DNA of 64,000 bases from Eledone cirrhosa (GCA_964016885.1 OZ024745.1:73656001-73720000), one strand, 5' to 3'; positions 1-11,684 are shown, counted from the first letter of the stretch. Notes: a model not told the origin generated them from the letters alone. Program-made: numbers and translations.

Positions 1-245
1 TAACTATTATTCTTCTATTACCCCTAATCTACTAAATAAGGCACTAAATTACGCATTCAAACATACAGACCTAACTAGCAATGAAATGCACATTATATTA
101 TCGGCTAGGAAAACATTGATAGAATTTAATGACCAACTATGGACCAGAGCAGATAGAGATAGCAATTTTGACATTACTATAGGATCATCCGACTCAGCTC
201 AGGTAACTGACCTTGTGGGCTTATTTTTAATCAATCTTATGGATG
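1..245 (+). pseudogene. Penelope-like element (Naiad-type) reverse transcriptase fragment
   Basis: Translation FDITIGSSDSAQVTDLVGLFL is a PLE RT motif-B-like segment and matches MGSSDSAQVTDLVGIYL at 58230. Truncated by the window start and a (TA)n tract. Confidence 0.75.
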
Positions 246-599
246 TGATAAATAAAGAAGTAAAAAAATACATATATATATATATATATATAGAAAGACT
301 GAAATAGATAAAATTTAATAAAAAGTAGTGTGTCTATCTAAATATCCATAATATTAAAGATATTAATTATATTTACTAATCCTAGGTATTGATGTGATAG
401 ATAGGGGATGCGGTTAAAATAAGTAGTGAGGTTAAAGATAACTTTAGGTAAAGTGAGCTGCAAGAGGGAAATAAAATTATGAAATTCTTTGTAGTAAATA
501 TCTAATTATAGGTAAACTAAATTTTAAAAAAAAATTTTAATTAATTTTAATAATTTGTAAAATATAAGAGTGAGGTATATATTACTTAAGTTTATAGTA

Positions 600-1090
600 T
601 TTGAAGGTTTTTCTAATTCTATGATTGCATAATTAACTCCTGTCGCTTATTTAATAGGATATCATTAGATTTCATGATTTCAAATAGTTCTTGGGAGCAT
701 AACCTACACTCATATCTACTATTTTGATAAGGGGTGGCCCTTTTGAGCACTCTCCAGGTGAGGTTGTAATCAATATCCTTCTTTCTATAATTAATAATTG
801 CTTCAGCCAAGGAGGTTGTATTAGCTAATCCGGCATTTTTAAAACTATGTTTGTGGGTATTAAATCTTACTTTAAATTGGTTAGACGTAGCTCCTATATA
901 GGATTGAGTGGAGTCCTTAGTACTAATTACACATTTATAGACTCTATTATTAATAAGACAATTTCCCTTTAATGGGCAATTTCTTTTGATTCTAAAGTTA
1001 CAGCCATTCGTAAATATTGTGTCAGGAGAGTTAATTGTGTTATCTATATTGGTTCTTGACTCTGTTTTCCTATGATTTTTATCGTTAAAT
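600..1090 (-). pseudogene. Penelope-like element (Naiad-type) zinc finger + GIY-YIG endonuclease fragment
   Basis: Minus strand reads GCNFRIKRNCPLKGNCLINNRVYKC...SYIGATSNQFKVRFNTHKHSF...CRLCSQE...LNKRQEL, homologous to the 59669-60130 ORF. Confidence 0.85.
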
Positions 1091-1164
1091 TTTGATATCT
1101 TCTATATTTGGATTACATTGAGTTCTTCATACGGATTGGACACTACCGTTTATTTTGGTAGATT

Positions 1165-1270
<106 letters not shown>

Positions 1271-2060
1271 CATACATCAGGGGCAGTGGAAGCATTTCTG
1301 AATTGGGAGAGGGAGGACAAAAATATTATGTTCTGTGCTTTTTTCTAAGGAGTTAATATATCGAACTTCATATATATAAATATTGGAAAAGTAAATAACA
1401 ACAACAAGGAGTACATTTACGAAATACCATTTATTATGACTAATGTTGAGCTTTGTTATTCTAAAGTTTAACCTGCGCTCTCACAGCATCACAAGTCTTG
1501 TCTGGTGAGACTCTAGTGTAACAAGGCTTAACCATAATAAATGAACATTTAAACTCTACTTCGGTATTGAGTTTTCATTCTTACGTCTGTCAATAATTCA
1601 CGACTCTGAGGTCTTCAATAATCATCTCCAGCCCACGATTATTAATTTGTCAGATTCCCCTCTTCCCGGGTTTTATTCCACTCTCACCACTCACCGGCGA
1701 AATATTATTGTAAGTGATTCATATTGATGCAGCAGCTGGAGAATCTAATAATAATTTTTTTTTACATTAAAAAAAAAAAATTATATATGACAAAAGAAAG
1801 ACATTACAAGAAAGCCCATATTTACGAACATATACTATACAATTACTGATTTCCCAAGCCCCACCCCTCCCATTATGTTTTGTATATGTGTATATGTGGG
1901 TATGTATGAGTGTGTGTGTGTTTGCACGTATGTATGGTGTGTAGGGTTTTGGTATATGTACGTTTAGTGAACATATGTGTAATTACCTGTAGGTATGTGT
2001 GTGTGTACATTATATACGCATTCATGCGTGTATATTCATATATGTATATATAATTATATA

Positions 2061-2250
2061 GGGCGGTGGATTGGCAGTATTGGTAGAGGGTCGGACGCCA
2101 TGCTTTGCAGAAAAGAGTTACGTCCCTTTATGGTCTGAGTTCAAATCCCGCCGAGGTTAACTTTGCCTTTCATCCTTACGGGGTCGATAAAATAAAGTAC
2201 CAGTAATACATTGGGATAATTGCTGGCCTTGTGCCAAATGTAGAAACAAT
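2061..2250 (+). mobile_element. tRNA-derived SINE (family S), full length
   Basis: A-box-like TGGCAGTATTGG, B-box GTTCAAATCC, core CTTTGCCTTTCATCCTTACGGGGTCGATAAAATAAAGTACCAG, 3' end CCTTGTGCCAAATGTAGAAACAAT. TAATTATAT is duplicated on both sides. Six near-complete copies in the window. Confidence 0.9.
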
Positions 2251-2612
2251 AATTATATGTATACACACACACACACATACACATATATATATTTATATAT
2301 GTATTTGGTGTATACGTTCGTATGTGTGTGGGTATATGTGTCATGCCGGTTTACGTACGTGTGCGCGCGTGTTTATGTGTACGTGCAAGTATTGCATGGC
2401 GTGTGTTTTGCGAATGCACGTGTATGTACGTATATAGATGTATGTATGTATATATTTAATTGTTATTACTTTTATGATTTTAATGTATGGTGTGTAGTGT
2501 TTTGGTATATGTACGTTTGGTGAACATATGTGTAATTACCTGTAGGTATGTGTGTGTGTACATTATATACGCATTCATGCGTGTATATTCATATATGTAT
2601 ATATAATTATAT

Positions 2613-2802
2613 AGGACGGTGGATTGGCAGTATCGGTAGAGGGTCGGACGCCATGCTTTCCAGCATAGTTACGTCCCTTTATGATCTGAGTTCAAATGCC
2701 GCCGAGGTTGACTTTGCCTTTCATCCTTACGGGGTCGATAAAATAAAGTACCAGTAATGCACTGAGTAATTGCTGGCCTTGTGCCTAAAGTAGAAACAAT
2801 TA
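2613..2802 (+). mobile_element. tRNA-derived SINE (family S)
   Basis: Same A/B boxes, core and 3' end as 2061-2250; preceded by a copy of the first SINE's upstream flank. Confidence 0.9.
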
Positions 2803-2977
2803 TTTTATGATTTTAATAACCTCTGTCATTTTCGTTCAACTAATTTATTTACATTATTCTTATCTCCGAAGCTGAGAATCATTCGGGTTCCTAAATAAAA
2901 TATTAGTTTAATGACTCCATTTATACCATAAACGTGGCTTTGTCTTTGCGTGTAATTGTTCTCAATCCACCACATAA

Positions 2978-3185
2978 CGACGTATTATCTTCGCTTTTTT
3001 CCGTTCATTGCCAGGGAACGTCTTCACGAACCAAAGTATCGTCTTCCTGTTTTTCTTCGGTTGCAACGTTTTTCGAAATATTTACTTCTGCATTCACAAA
3101 TTGATTTTTTATTTTATTTCAGAAGACCCCGTTAAGGGAGAAAGCAGCGATTCTTTGCTTAAACTTTAATCTGTTATTTTAATAA
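2978..3185 (+). mobile_element. Dispersed repeat, probable Penelope pseudo-LTR fragment with hammerhead motif
   Basis: Closely similar inverted copy at 63622-63810. Hammerhead-like CAGAAGA-stem-GAAA-stem-UA at 3115-3166. Confidence 0.65.
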
Positions 3186-3275
3186 ATATTTGTTCTAGGA
3201 TTCTTATATATTTGATATATATTTATCCTTATCGAGCCCTCTTTGGATTTTAGTCTTCGCATTTATTATTATTAC

Positions 3276-3320
<45 letters not shown>

Positions 3321-3325
<5 letters not shown>

Positions 3326-3465
3326 TCACAAGAATCAAAGCTATGTTCAAAGCATTTATTCACTTATAATTGTTTCATCCAAACCTAGGCTTGGCGTCTT
3401 CGGAGCATTTTTCAATGTTTGTACACATGATTGACCTCCTTACCAACGCAATAGACATACAGATA
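3321..3465 (-). mobile_element. Penelope pseudo-LTR fragment with degenerate hammerhead (family of 11160-11684)
   Basis: Shares CACAAGAATCAAAGCTATGTT and the stem CCAAGCCTAGG with 11160-11300. Minus strand CCGAAGA...GAAACAATTATA at 3363-3409. Confidence 0.7.
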
Positions 3466-3540
3466 TATATGTATATATTGATGTACAGTGGATATATATC
3501 TATATCTATATCTATCTATCTATCTATATATATATATATA

Positions 3541-5298
3541 TGAATAAAGTTAGTCCTTCATCAGTGATCTTCCAACCATCATTGGTATTTCATCGCTTTA
3601 AAGACCATATACCTCCGGTTGGTGCGAGCAACGGCTAAAAAAAGTCGTTGGGACACGTAAATAAAGGGAACACGAGAGTGTAAACAATCAAAAATGGTGA
3701 AGCAACGAAAAGTGAGGAAGAAGGAGTCAAGTCCCAAATTTCCATGAATATAAGTTCGGTGAAATCGTAAACGAGAGAGAATAAAGACCATCAAACCTGG
3801 TTGGAATGTGAGCAAGGAAGGAATTCCGTACAGGTCTAACGGGAGGAAGAAGGAATCTAGTCTGTGAATTCGGTGAACATAAGTTCTGTGAAATCGTAGA
3901 CGAGAGAGAGAAAAAAAGCGAACCTGCCTGACCAAGGGTGCCAAAGAAAAGAATTACGCACAGGTCAAAGGGGAAGAAGGAGGAGGAGAGGTAGTAACAG
4001 AGATTGAGTGAGTGAAGGGTGAGGAAGAGGCTAACAGAGAGAGTGACTGTTAGAGAGGGTAAAGATACAGAGAAAGAGGAAGCAGTAAGAACGAAATAGA
4101 CGGGTCACAGCGGGGGAAAGATGTGTGTAAATATGAGAATAAACGTGCTGCGTGGTTGCTAATGGGTTACATATGAATAAAGTTAGTCCTTCATTAGTGA
4201 TCTTCCAACCATCATTGATATTTCATCGCTTTAAAGACCATATACCTCCGGTTGGTGCGAGCAACGGCTAAAAAAAGTCGTTGGGACACGTAAATAAAGG
4301 GGACACGAGAGTGTAAACAAACAAAGATGGTGAAGCAACGAAAAATGAGGAAGAAGGAGTCAAGTCCCAAATTTCCATGAATATAAGTTTGGTGAAATCG
4401 TGAACGAGAGAGAATAAAGACCATCAAACCTGGTTGGAATGTGAACAAGGAAGGAATTCCGTACAGGTCTAACGGGAGGAAGAAGGAATCTAGTCTGTGA
4501 ATTCGGTGAACATAAGTTCTGTGAAATCGTAGACGAGAGAGAGAAAAAAAGCGAACCTGCCTGACCAAGGGTGCCAAAGAAAAGAATTACGCACAGGTCA
4601 AAGGGGAAGAAGGAGGAGGAGAGGTAGTAACAGAGATTGAGTGAGTGAAGGGTGAGGAAGAGGCTAACAGAGAGAGTGACTGTTAGAGAGGGTAAAGATG
4701 CAGAGAAAGAGGAAGCAGTAAGAACGAAATAGACGGGTCACAGCGGGGGAAAAATGTGTGTAAATAAAGAGAATAAACGTGCTGCGTGGTTGCTAATGGG
4801 TTACATATGAATAAAGTTAGTCCTTCATTAGTGACCTTCCAACCATCATTGATATTTCATCGCTTTAAAGACCATATACCTCCGGTTGGTGCGAGCAACG
4901 GCTAAAAAAAGTCGTTGGGACACGTAAATAAAGGGGACACGAGAGTGTAAACAAACAAAGATGGTGAAGCAACGAAAAATGAGGAAGAAGGAGTCAAGTC
5001 CCAAATTTCCATGAATATAAGTTTGGTGAAATCGTGAACGAGAGAGAATAAAGACCATCAAACCTGGTTGGAATGTGAGCAAGGAAGGAATTCCGTACAG
5101 GTCTAACGGGAGGAAGAAGGAATCTAGTCTGTGAATTCGGTGAACATAAGTTCTGTGAAATCGTAGACGAGAGAGAAAAAAAAAAGCGAACCTGTATGTG
5201 TGTGTGACTTTAAGCGATGTAATACTAATGATGGTTGGAAGATCACTGATGAAGGACTAACTTTATTCATATGTAACCCATTAGCAACCACGAAGCAC

Positions 5299-5304
<6 letters not shown>
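3541..5304 (-). repeat. Head-to-tail array of a 633/634-bp unit (2.6 copies) with an inverted terminal piece
   Basis: Units start at 3541, 4174 and 4808; the third ends ~5194. 5209-5304 is the reverse complement of the unit junction (~4139-4233). Bounded by (TA)n on both sides; CTGATGA on the minus strand. Confidence 0.9.
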
Positions 5305-5349
<45 letters not shown>

Positions 5350-5353
<4 letters not shown>

Positions 5354-5780
5354 TTGGTAAAAGGAAAAGAAAATGCTGACAGTGAAAAATAGTTTAATTA
5401 GGAATAAGTAAAAATTAGTAATAAGTATTGGTTAGTATTCAGTTTTGGTTTAAAGTTTTTACCGGTTGCGCATTTCTAATGCTTTTCAAAAATAATTTTA
5501 AGATAGAGCGCCCGTGATGTTTGCTCTAATCTGATCACTTTTGGAAATTCTACCTGTTTTATGTGAAAAGTGGCTCCAGAAGTATTAAAATAAGTTTCGC
5601 GCCAATTCGTGTTGTAAAAATACTTGTGGTCAAAACAATTTTGATTGGTCGGTAGAGGTCACGTGAATGTTAAAAATTGATTTTGCGCCAAATGTAGGTT
5701 TGTCGAAGAGTGTCTTTTTTCGCCTGATTGAGAAGTCACTGAAAAATAAGTCTTTTAAGACAAATATGTGTGTAGTAAAG
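5350..5780 (-). mobile_element. Penelope-like 3' end / pseudo-LTR with variant hammerhead
   Basis: Homologous to the 61051-61411 foldback. Minus strand TTGAAAA-gcattagaaatgc-GCAA-CCGG-TA at ~5456-5492. Confidence 0.6.
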
Positions 5781-6084
5781 AGGTTCATTGTTGTGATAAT
5801 GGTCAGTAGGGATGTGTGTGTGAATTGCAGTCATGTTGACAGGTCAACAGTTCAGGTGCCTATTAAGACAAATATGTGTGTGTCTGTGTGTCTGTGTGTG
5901 TGTGTGTGTGTGTGTAGCCGAGTAATTCGAGGTAGAGGGATCGGTCAGTAGGAATGTGTCTGTACGTGTGTGGGGGATATTTTAATATGTTGAAAGCTAT
6001 TTTTCAGCTCTTGTCTTATACGGAGAAGTGTGTATATGTCTCTTTGTATGTTAGTGTACGTGTGTGTGTATATATGTGTGTGTG

Positions 6085-6164
<80 letters not shown>

Positions 6165-6361
6165 TGCGTGTGGGTGGACCAGTATTTTTGTGATACTGGT
6201 AAAAATGGTATATATTATTCGATATTTTCAGCAAAAACGATTCTCTCAAGAGAACCTCAAAAACATTAATAATAAAAGGTGTGGAATGATATATAGTATT
6301 GTCATAACACACATATATAATATATAGCAAGGTTTTTGAAATGAAATCGTGTGTCGAAACA

Positions 6362-7036
6362 AATATTGTTATACTTGGGGAGGGTCATATTGTTGTAATA
6401 ATATTGCCAGAAATAATAACAGAACACATTCACTGTTTGGTTGGTTTTCGCTTCTATATCTTTTATATCTCCATAGTTAATTCATTTGGTCCTCAATGTT
6501 TATCATTGACTGACCAACGGTCAAAAATACAGATATAAATACATATATATAGTCTAACAAAGTTCTTTCGTTACACATCTGCAACATCATCATTGGTATT
6601 ATTATCATGTTTTCCCTGCTGTATTGTATGTATTGTAATGTCTACGCCATTTTTATTTTTTCTATTTATTTATTTATTTTAGTCTTCATCTCTGCGCATG
6701 TGTTTGCGTGTGTGTATAGTGTTTGATGTATGCGTTCGCGTTTCGGTATATGTGTTTTGGTTATTGTATTCTATTTTAGTTTAATAGTGTGTGTTTATAT
6801 GTGGTTGTTGTTATTGTGCTCGTGTATATATTTATTTATTTATTTATTTATATTTCTCTTCAGTCAGTATTGTTTATTTGGCTGTTGTAGTTATCAGTCA
6901 GTGATAAACATTGATGGCCAAATGAATTAACTATGGAGATATAAAAGATATAGAAGCGAAAACCAACCAAACAGTGAGTGTGTTCTGTTATTATTTCTGG
7001 CAATATTATTACAACAATATGACCCTCCCCAAGTAT

Positions 7037-7116
<80 letters not shown>

Positions 7117-7165
7117 ATACTTGGGGAGGGTCATATTGTTGTAATAATATTGCCAGAAATAATAA
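6362..7165. repeat. Nested inverted repeats around a (TA)n tract
   Basis: 6362-6512 is inverted at 6895-7044; 6988-7042 is re-inverted at 7110-7165 across (TA)n. Confidence 0.85.
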
Positions 7166-7263
7166 TATATATATATGTAAAAGGTAAACAGAAATAACAA
7201 CACAATCGGTACAGTATATAGAAGGTATATATTAGGTTAACGCTTGATATAGCAGGAAGAGGG

Positions 7264-7299
7264 TCTTAACGTTTCGGACGCTAGTCCTTCATCAGAAGA
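7264..7299 (-). ncRNA. Minimal type I hammerhead ribozyme in PLE pseudo-LTR
   Basis: CTGATGA-aggac tagc gtcc-GAAACGTTA, with palindromic stem III AACGTT. The sister copy at 10918-10953 has CTAATGA (G5A, likely inactive). Confidence 0.85.
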
Positions 7300-7774
7300 A
7301 AGAATGAGAAATAAAATAGATTGAGGGAACGCGCGGGTTGGAATTGAAAAAAATATCTTTAGATAAAAATAGCAGGTCCATTCATGTTAACATCTCTTGC
7401 AAAACTGTTGGCGTTTTGTGTATGATTTGTTTTTTAGAAAAGTGGATGATGGCAGGCGTCTACCTGAAATGGGAAAAAAAAACCGTTTTGTAAAAAGAAC
7501 TATACTTGAGCACGAGCGTAAGCATGAGTTAGTGTGTGTGTGTGCGTGTGATGTGTGTTTGTGTGTGTGTGTGTGTTATTATAGGTCCGTACGAAGCTAA
7601 GAAGAAATGTGTGTGTATATGTGAGTAAAATAGTGTGTGTGCAGGTAAGTACGAAGCTATGAGCAAAAGTATGTTAATATAAAGGTGTGTATCGGCATGT
7701 ATTAGTAGTAAGAGAAGCTGCTAATGATCAAGAGAAAGCGATAAGAATCAAGGGGTGTGATAATAGACGGGGTA

Positions 7775-10630
7775 TTAGAGAAATTGGGGAGGTGAGTTGA
7801 GTCCAAGAGGGGAATAGGACCCAAGACAGTGAATCAGACTTTGTTCAGTCCTGGTGTGCGAGGCCTGTGATTCATGATGTAAAAGGACACTCAGGACTGA
7901 AACATGTAGAGAAGAATGACCAGGAGAACAGAAATGATAGGCGACAGGAGTATCCAAACCGAGTCGTATGTTCCTCAAATGTTCGGCAAAACGGTCAGAT
8001 ATATAAAAACCCACAAAGGGAACACCGGAGGGCATAGACAACGTGGGTGGAAGTGCAGGTGAAGGAATGGCGGATACGGAAAGACCCGTTAGGGCCTGTA
8101 AGAGTGGTGAGGGTGGAAATAAAGGGACATGTGTTGCAGCGGGAACGGGAACAAGGTTGAGAGCCGGGTGGAGTCGTGGGAGAGGACGAAAAAGAACTAC
8201 GAACCAAGAGGTTGCGGAGGTGTTTCGAGCGCGCTTAAAGGCAGTAATGGGTGGGTTTGGAAAAAAGTGAGAAGTGACGGGGTCAGAAGAGAGGATACGA
8301 AGGGAACGGAGAATATGTTGCCGGAGTGGTAGGGTGGTGGGGTGGTAGGGGATAGGGAAAGGAACACGGGTGTTGGGAGGGTAGGGGTGAGGTGAGACGG
8401 CTGTGGTGCGGTCTGTTTCACGGGCGCGGGTGAGAGCAGCTTGGATCAAGTTGGGGGATATCCACGCTGGATGAAGCAAGAAGCCATGCGAAGGGAATGG
8501 GTTTCGAAATCATCATCCTGGCTACAGAGTCGACGAAGACGGAGGAATTGGGAATAGACTATGGAGTGTTTGGTGTGGGTTGGATGGGAGGAGAAGTCGA
8601 GATAAGATTGGGAGTCTGTTGGTTTAATGAATATGGAAGTAGAGAGGGTGTGGTGAGAGTGATTAATAGATAGAGAGATATCTAGAAAAGCGACAGAAGA
8701 TTCGGAGACGGAGGTGGTGAAATTGAGAGCAGGATGGAAAGATTGGACAAAAGAAAGAAAACAGTCGAGCTGTTCTCGTGATAGAGAGGTGGCGCCGATA
8801 CAGTCGTCGATATAAAGACGGTATAGCTCAGGAGTCGGTCCGGCGTACTGCGAGAAGATCTGGGTTTCGACGTAGCCAACAAACAAGTTGTCATAGTTTG
8901 GACCCATTCTGGTCCCCATCGCTACCCCAGAGACCTGCTGGTAAAATTCACCCGAAAAAGAAAATCCATTAAGGGTGAGAACAAGCTCAGCCAGGCGGAG
9001 AAGATTGGTAGTGGTGGGGTAAGGGGTAGGGCGTAAATCTAAAAAATGCTGGAGAGCGCGGAGGCCGTCATCGTGAGGGATGACGGTATAGAGAGAAGTG
9101 ATGTCCAGGGTAAAGAGAAGGTTGGAGGGACCAGGAGGGGAAGGAGAAATAGTTTAAAAGTCTAAGGGCATGATTTGTATCGTGGATGTGGGAGGAGAGA
9201 TTGCCGACCAACGGGGCGAGAATGGTGTCTAAATATTCAGAAATTATCTCGGTGGGGCAGTTGCACGCAGAAACGATAGGACGGCCAGGATTATTTTGTT
9301 TGTGTATTTTGGGGAGGAAGTAGATGGTGGGTGTGCGAGGGATGTGGACAATAAGGTTGGTGGCTGTAGGGGGTAGGTGAAAGGAGGAGATGAGCTCGTG
9401 GATGGTGGAAGACATGAGTTGCTGGTAGCCAGAAGTGGGGTCGGAGGATAAAGGGCGGTAAAAAAGGGTATTGTGAAGCTGGTGGAGAGCCTCAGCCCTA
9501 TAGAGGTCAGCGCTCCAAACCACCACAGCGCCACCTTTGTCAGCGGGTTAGATGACAATGTCATCGCGACACAAAAGTTTGCGAAGAGCGGAGAGCTCAG
9601 TTCGTGTGATGTTTAAGTGACGAGAATGCTGGTGGAAACAGAACCGATTGACAGTAAGCCGGCAAGTATCGACAAAGGAGTCGAGGGTGCTGAACTGGCC
9701 AGAGCTCGGCGTCCAATGTGATTGCCGGTGACTGAGACGAGTGAAGTCATCCGTCTGTGTTGATGATGGCGTGTCGTGAAAAAAAGCTTTCAGCTTTAAT
9801 CGACTGAAGAACCCTTCAGTCTCGGCACGTGTGCGGAACTTGTCGCAGGTCGATGTGGTTGGTATAAAACGCAAACCACGGCGGAGGAGGGAGCGCTCAG
9901 CTTATGAGAGTGGTAGGTCCTGGGGTATGGCAACTCCAGTGCAGGGACGTGAGGGAGTGAAAGAGGCGGAAGCGGAGGGGTCAAGGTGGTTGGGCAAAGC
10001 GTGTGAAGATGCAGTGGTAGGTGACGGGATAGAGGGGTTAGAGGTGATATGAGTATGGGTGGTGACGGCACGCGGGGAGGGGAGGGAGTCGAGTTTATAG
10101 TTTTTTGCGGAAGTGAGGAAATTGAAAAGAAGGCGATTGAGGTAAAGGATGATTTGGATAAGGGGTTGGGCGAGGAAAGGGTGGCAAGTGGAGGAGAGAT
10201 GGAGGTAGGCCTTGGGGAGATCTCGGTCGAGAGAACGGATTTGAGCGAGAGTTAATCGAATGGTCGCCCGCATGAGTCGGTGAGAGGAGCGGATAAGGAT
10301 GGGCTCAGTTGTGGGAGCAGAGTAAGAGGTGGGGTGAAACTTGAGGCGGAAACCGCGGGGAATGAGGTGGTGATGGAGACAGCGACTTAAAAATGTGATG
10401 TGACTGTTGTATCGTGTTTTGGTGAAGATGAGGTTGGAGAGATGCAGGGAGGATTGGATGCATATAGGAGGGAGAGGTTGGAGGAAGCGCTTGAGAGTAG
10501 AATGGAGCTGGCGGAGAAAAGATTTGAGATTGGGCATATTGAAGGTACTAGGGTGGGAGTTAAAAATAGACGACTGAGAAGAATGTAGTAGAGGAAAAGT
10601 GGTAGAGAGTTGTGGAATATTTAAATGCAA
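7775..10630 (-). pseudogene. PLE ORF: RT, Cys-rich linker, GIY-YIG endonuclease; multiply frameshifted
   Basis: FFSRLKLKAFF, FLPKIHK..NPGRPIVS, MGTRMGPNY, YIDDC, FLDISL, KPTDSQSYL, YSQFLRLRRLCS, PCSRSRCNTCP, FTCTSTHVVYALRCSLCGFLYI, RFAEH, PLGLN, spread over several frames. Confidence 0.92.
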
Positions 10631-10762
10631 GAAGCAAAGAAAATTTCAAATCTACGAAAGATTTCCCGATGGAAGTTCAGGTGTACTCCGGGTTGGTATC
10701 CAGTTTCGAGGTGAAAGTCCAATCAGAAAATCCAACGAATTTTGAGAGGTCCACGTAAGCGT

Positions 10763-10833
<71 letters not shown>

Positions 10834-11159
10834 AAAGGTAAACAGAAATAACAACACAATCGGTACAGTATATGGAAGGAATACATTAGGTTAACGCTTG
10901 ATATAGCAGGAAGAGAGTCTTAACGTTTCGGACGCTAGTCCTTCATTAGAAGAAAGAATGAGAAATAAAATAGATTGAGGGGACGGGCGGGTTGGAATTG
11001 GAAAAAATGTGTTTAGATAAAAATAACAGGTCCATTCATGTTGACATCTCTTGCAAAACTGTTGGTGCTGGCGTTTTGTGTATGATTTGTTTTTCAGAAA
11101 AGTGGATGATGGCAGGCGTCTACCTGAAATTATATATATATGTATATGCATATATATAT

Positions 11160-11684
11160 AGAATACACAAGAATCAAAGCTATGTTAGAACATTTAATTG
11201 CTGACAATTGTTTCTTCCAAGCCTAGGCTTGGAGTCTTCAGAGCATTATTAGGAATGTTTATACATATAATCAGCCTCCTATTCCACTGAAGAATCATAC
11301 ATGAGGCAGATAATACAACAGCGTCTAGTAAATAAATAAAATTAAAGAGACAGTACGTGCGTTAGTCATAGTTATATGACTAACGCACGTACTGTCTCTT
11401 TAATTTTATTTATTTACTAGACGCTCTTGTATTATCTGCCTCATGTGCCTCACCAAAAGCTTTTAATTTTAATTTTGAATCTTATTGTACAATTTAACAT
11501 AATATATGTCGCATCCATCCCACATTGTTGTCCACAATACGTATCTGTATGATTCTTCAGTGGAATAGGAGGCTGATTATATATATAAACATTGCTAATG
11601 TTCCGAAGACTCCAAGCCTAGGCTTGGAAGAAATAATTGTCAGCAATTAAATGTTCTAACATAGCTTTGATTCTTGTGTATTCT
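11160..11684. mobile_element. Foldback structure derived from a PLE pseudo-LTR
   Basis: Outer arms 11160-11300 / 11546-11684; inner hairpin 11299-11370 / 11375-11446 with a GTTA loop and one mismatch. Confidence 0.85.
11197..11247 (-). ncRNA. Type I hammerhead ribozyme, canonical core
   Basis: aatgct-CTGAAGA-c tccaagcct aggcttgga a-GAAAC-AATT-GTC-agcaat. A mutated mirror copy lies on + at ~11597-11647. Confidence 0.88.

Larger units (their letters stand above)
7176..11130 (-). mobile_element. Near full-length Penelope-like retroelement (Neptune-type) with two direct pseudo-LTRs
   Basis: ~295-bp direct repeats at 7176-7470 and 10829-11130, each with a hammerhead motif, flank an RT + GIY-YIG coding region; adjacent to (TA)n. 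Confidence 0.92.

Noticed and set aside
3579-5082. Repeated 121-aa ORFs as a tandem gene family
   Set aside because: No recognisable domain, non-ATG starts, and not conserved in the homologous 55 kb unit; they simply follow the DNA repeat.
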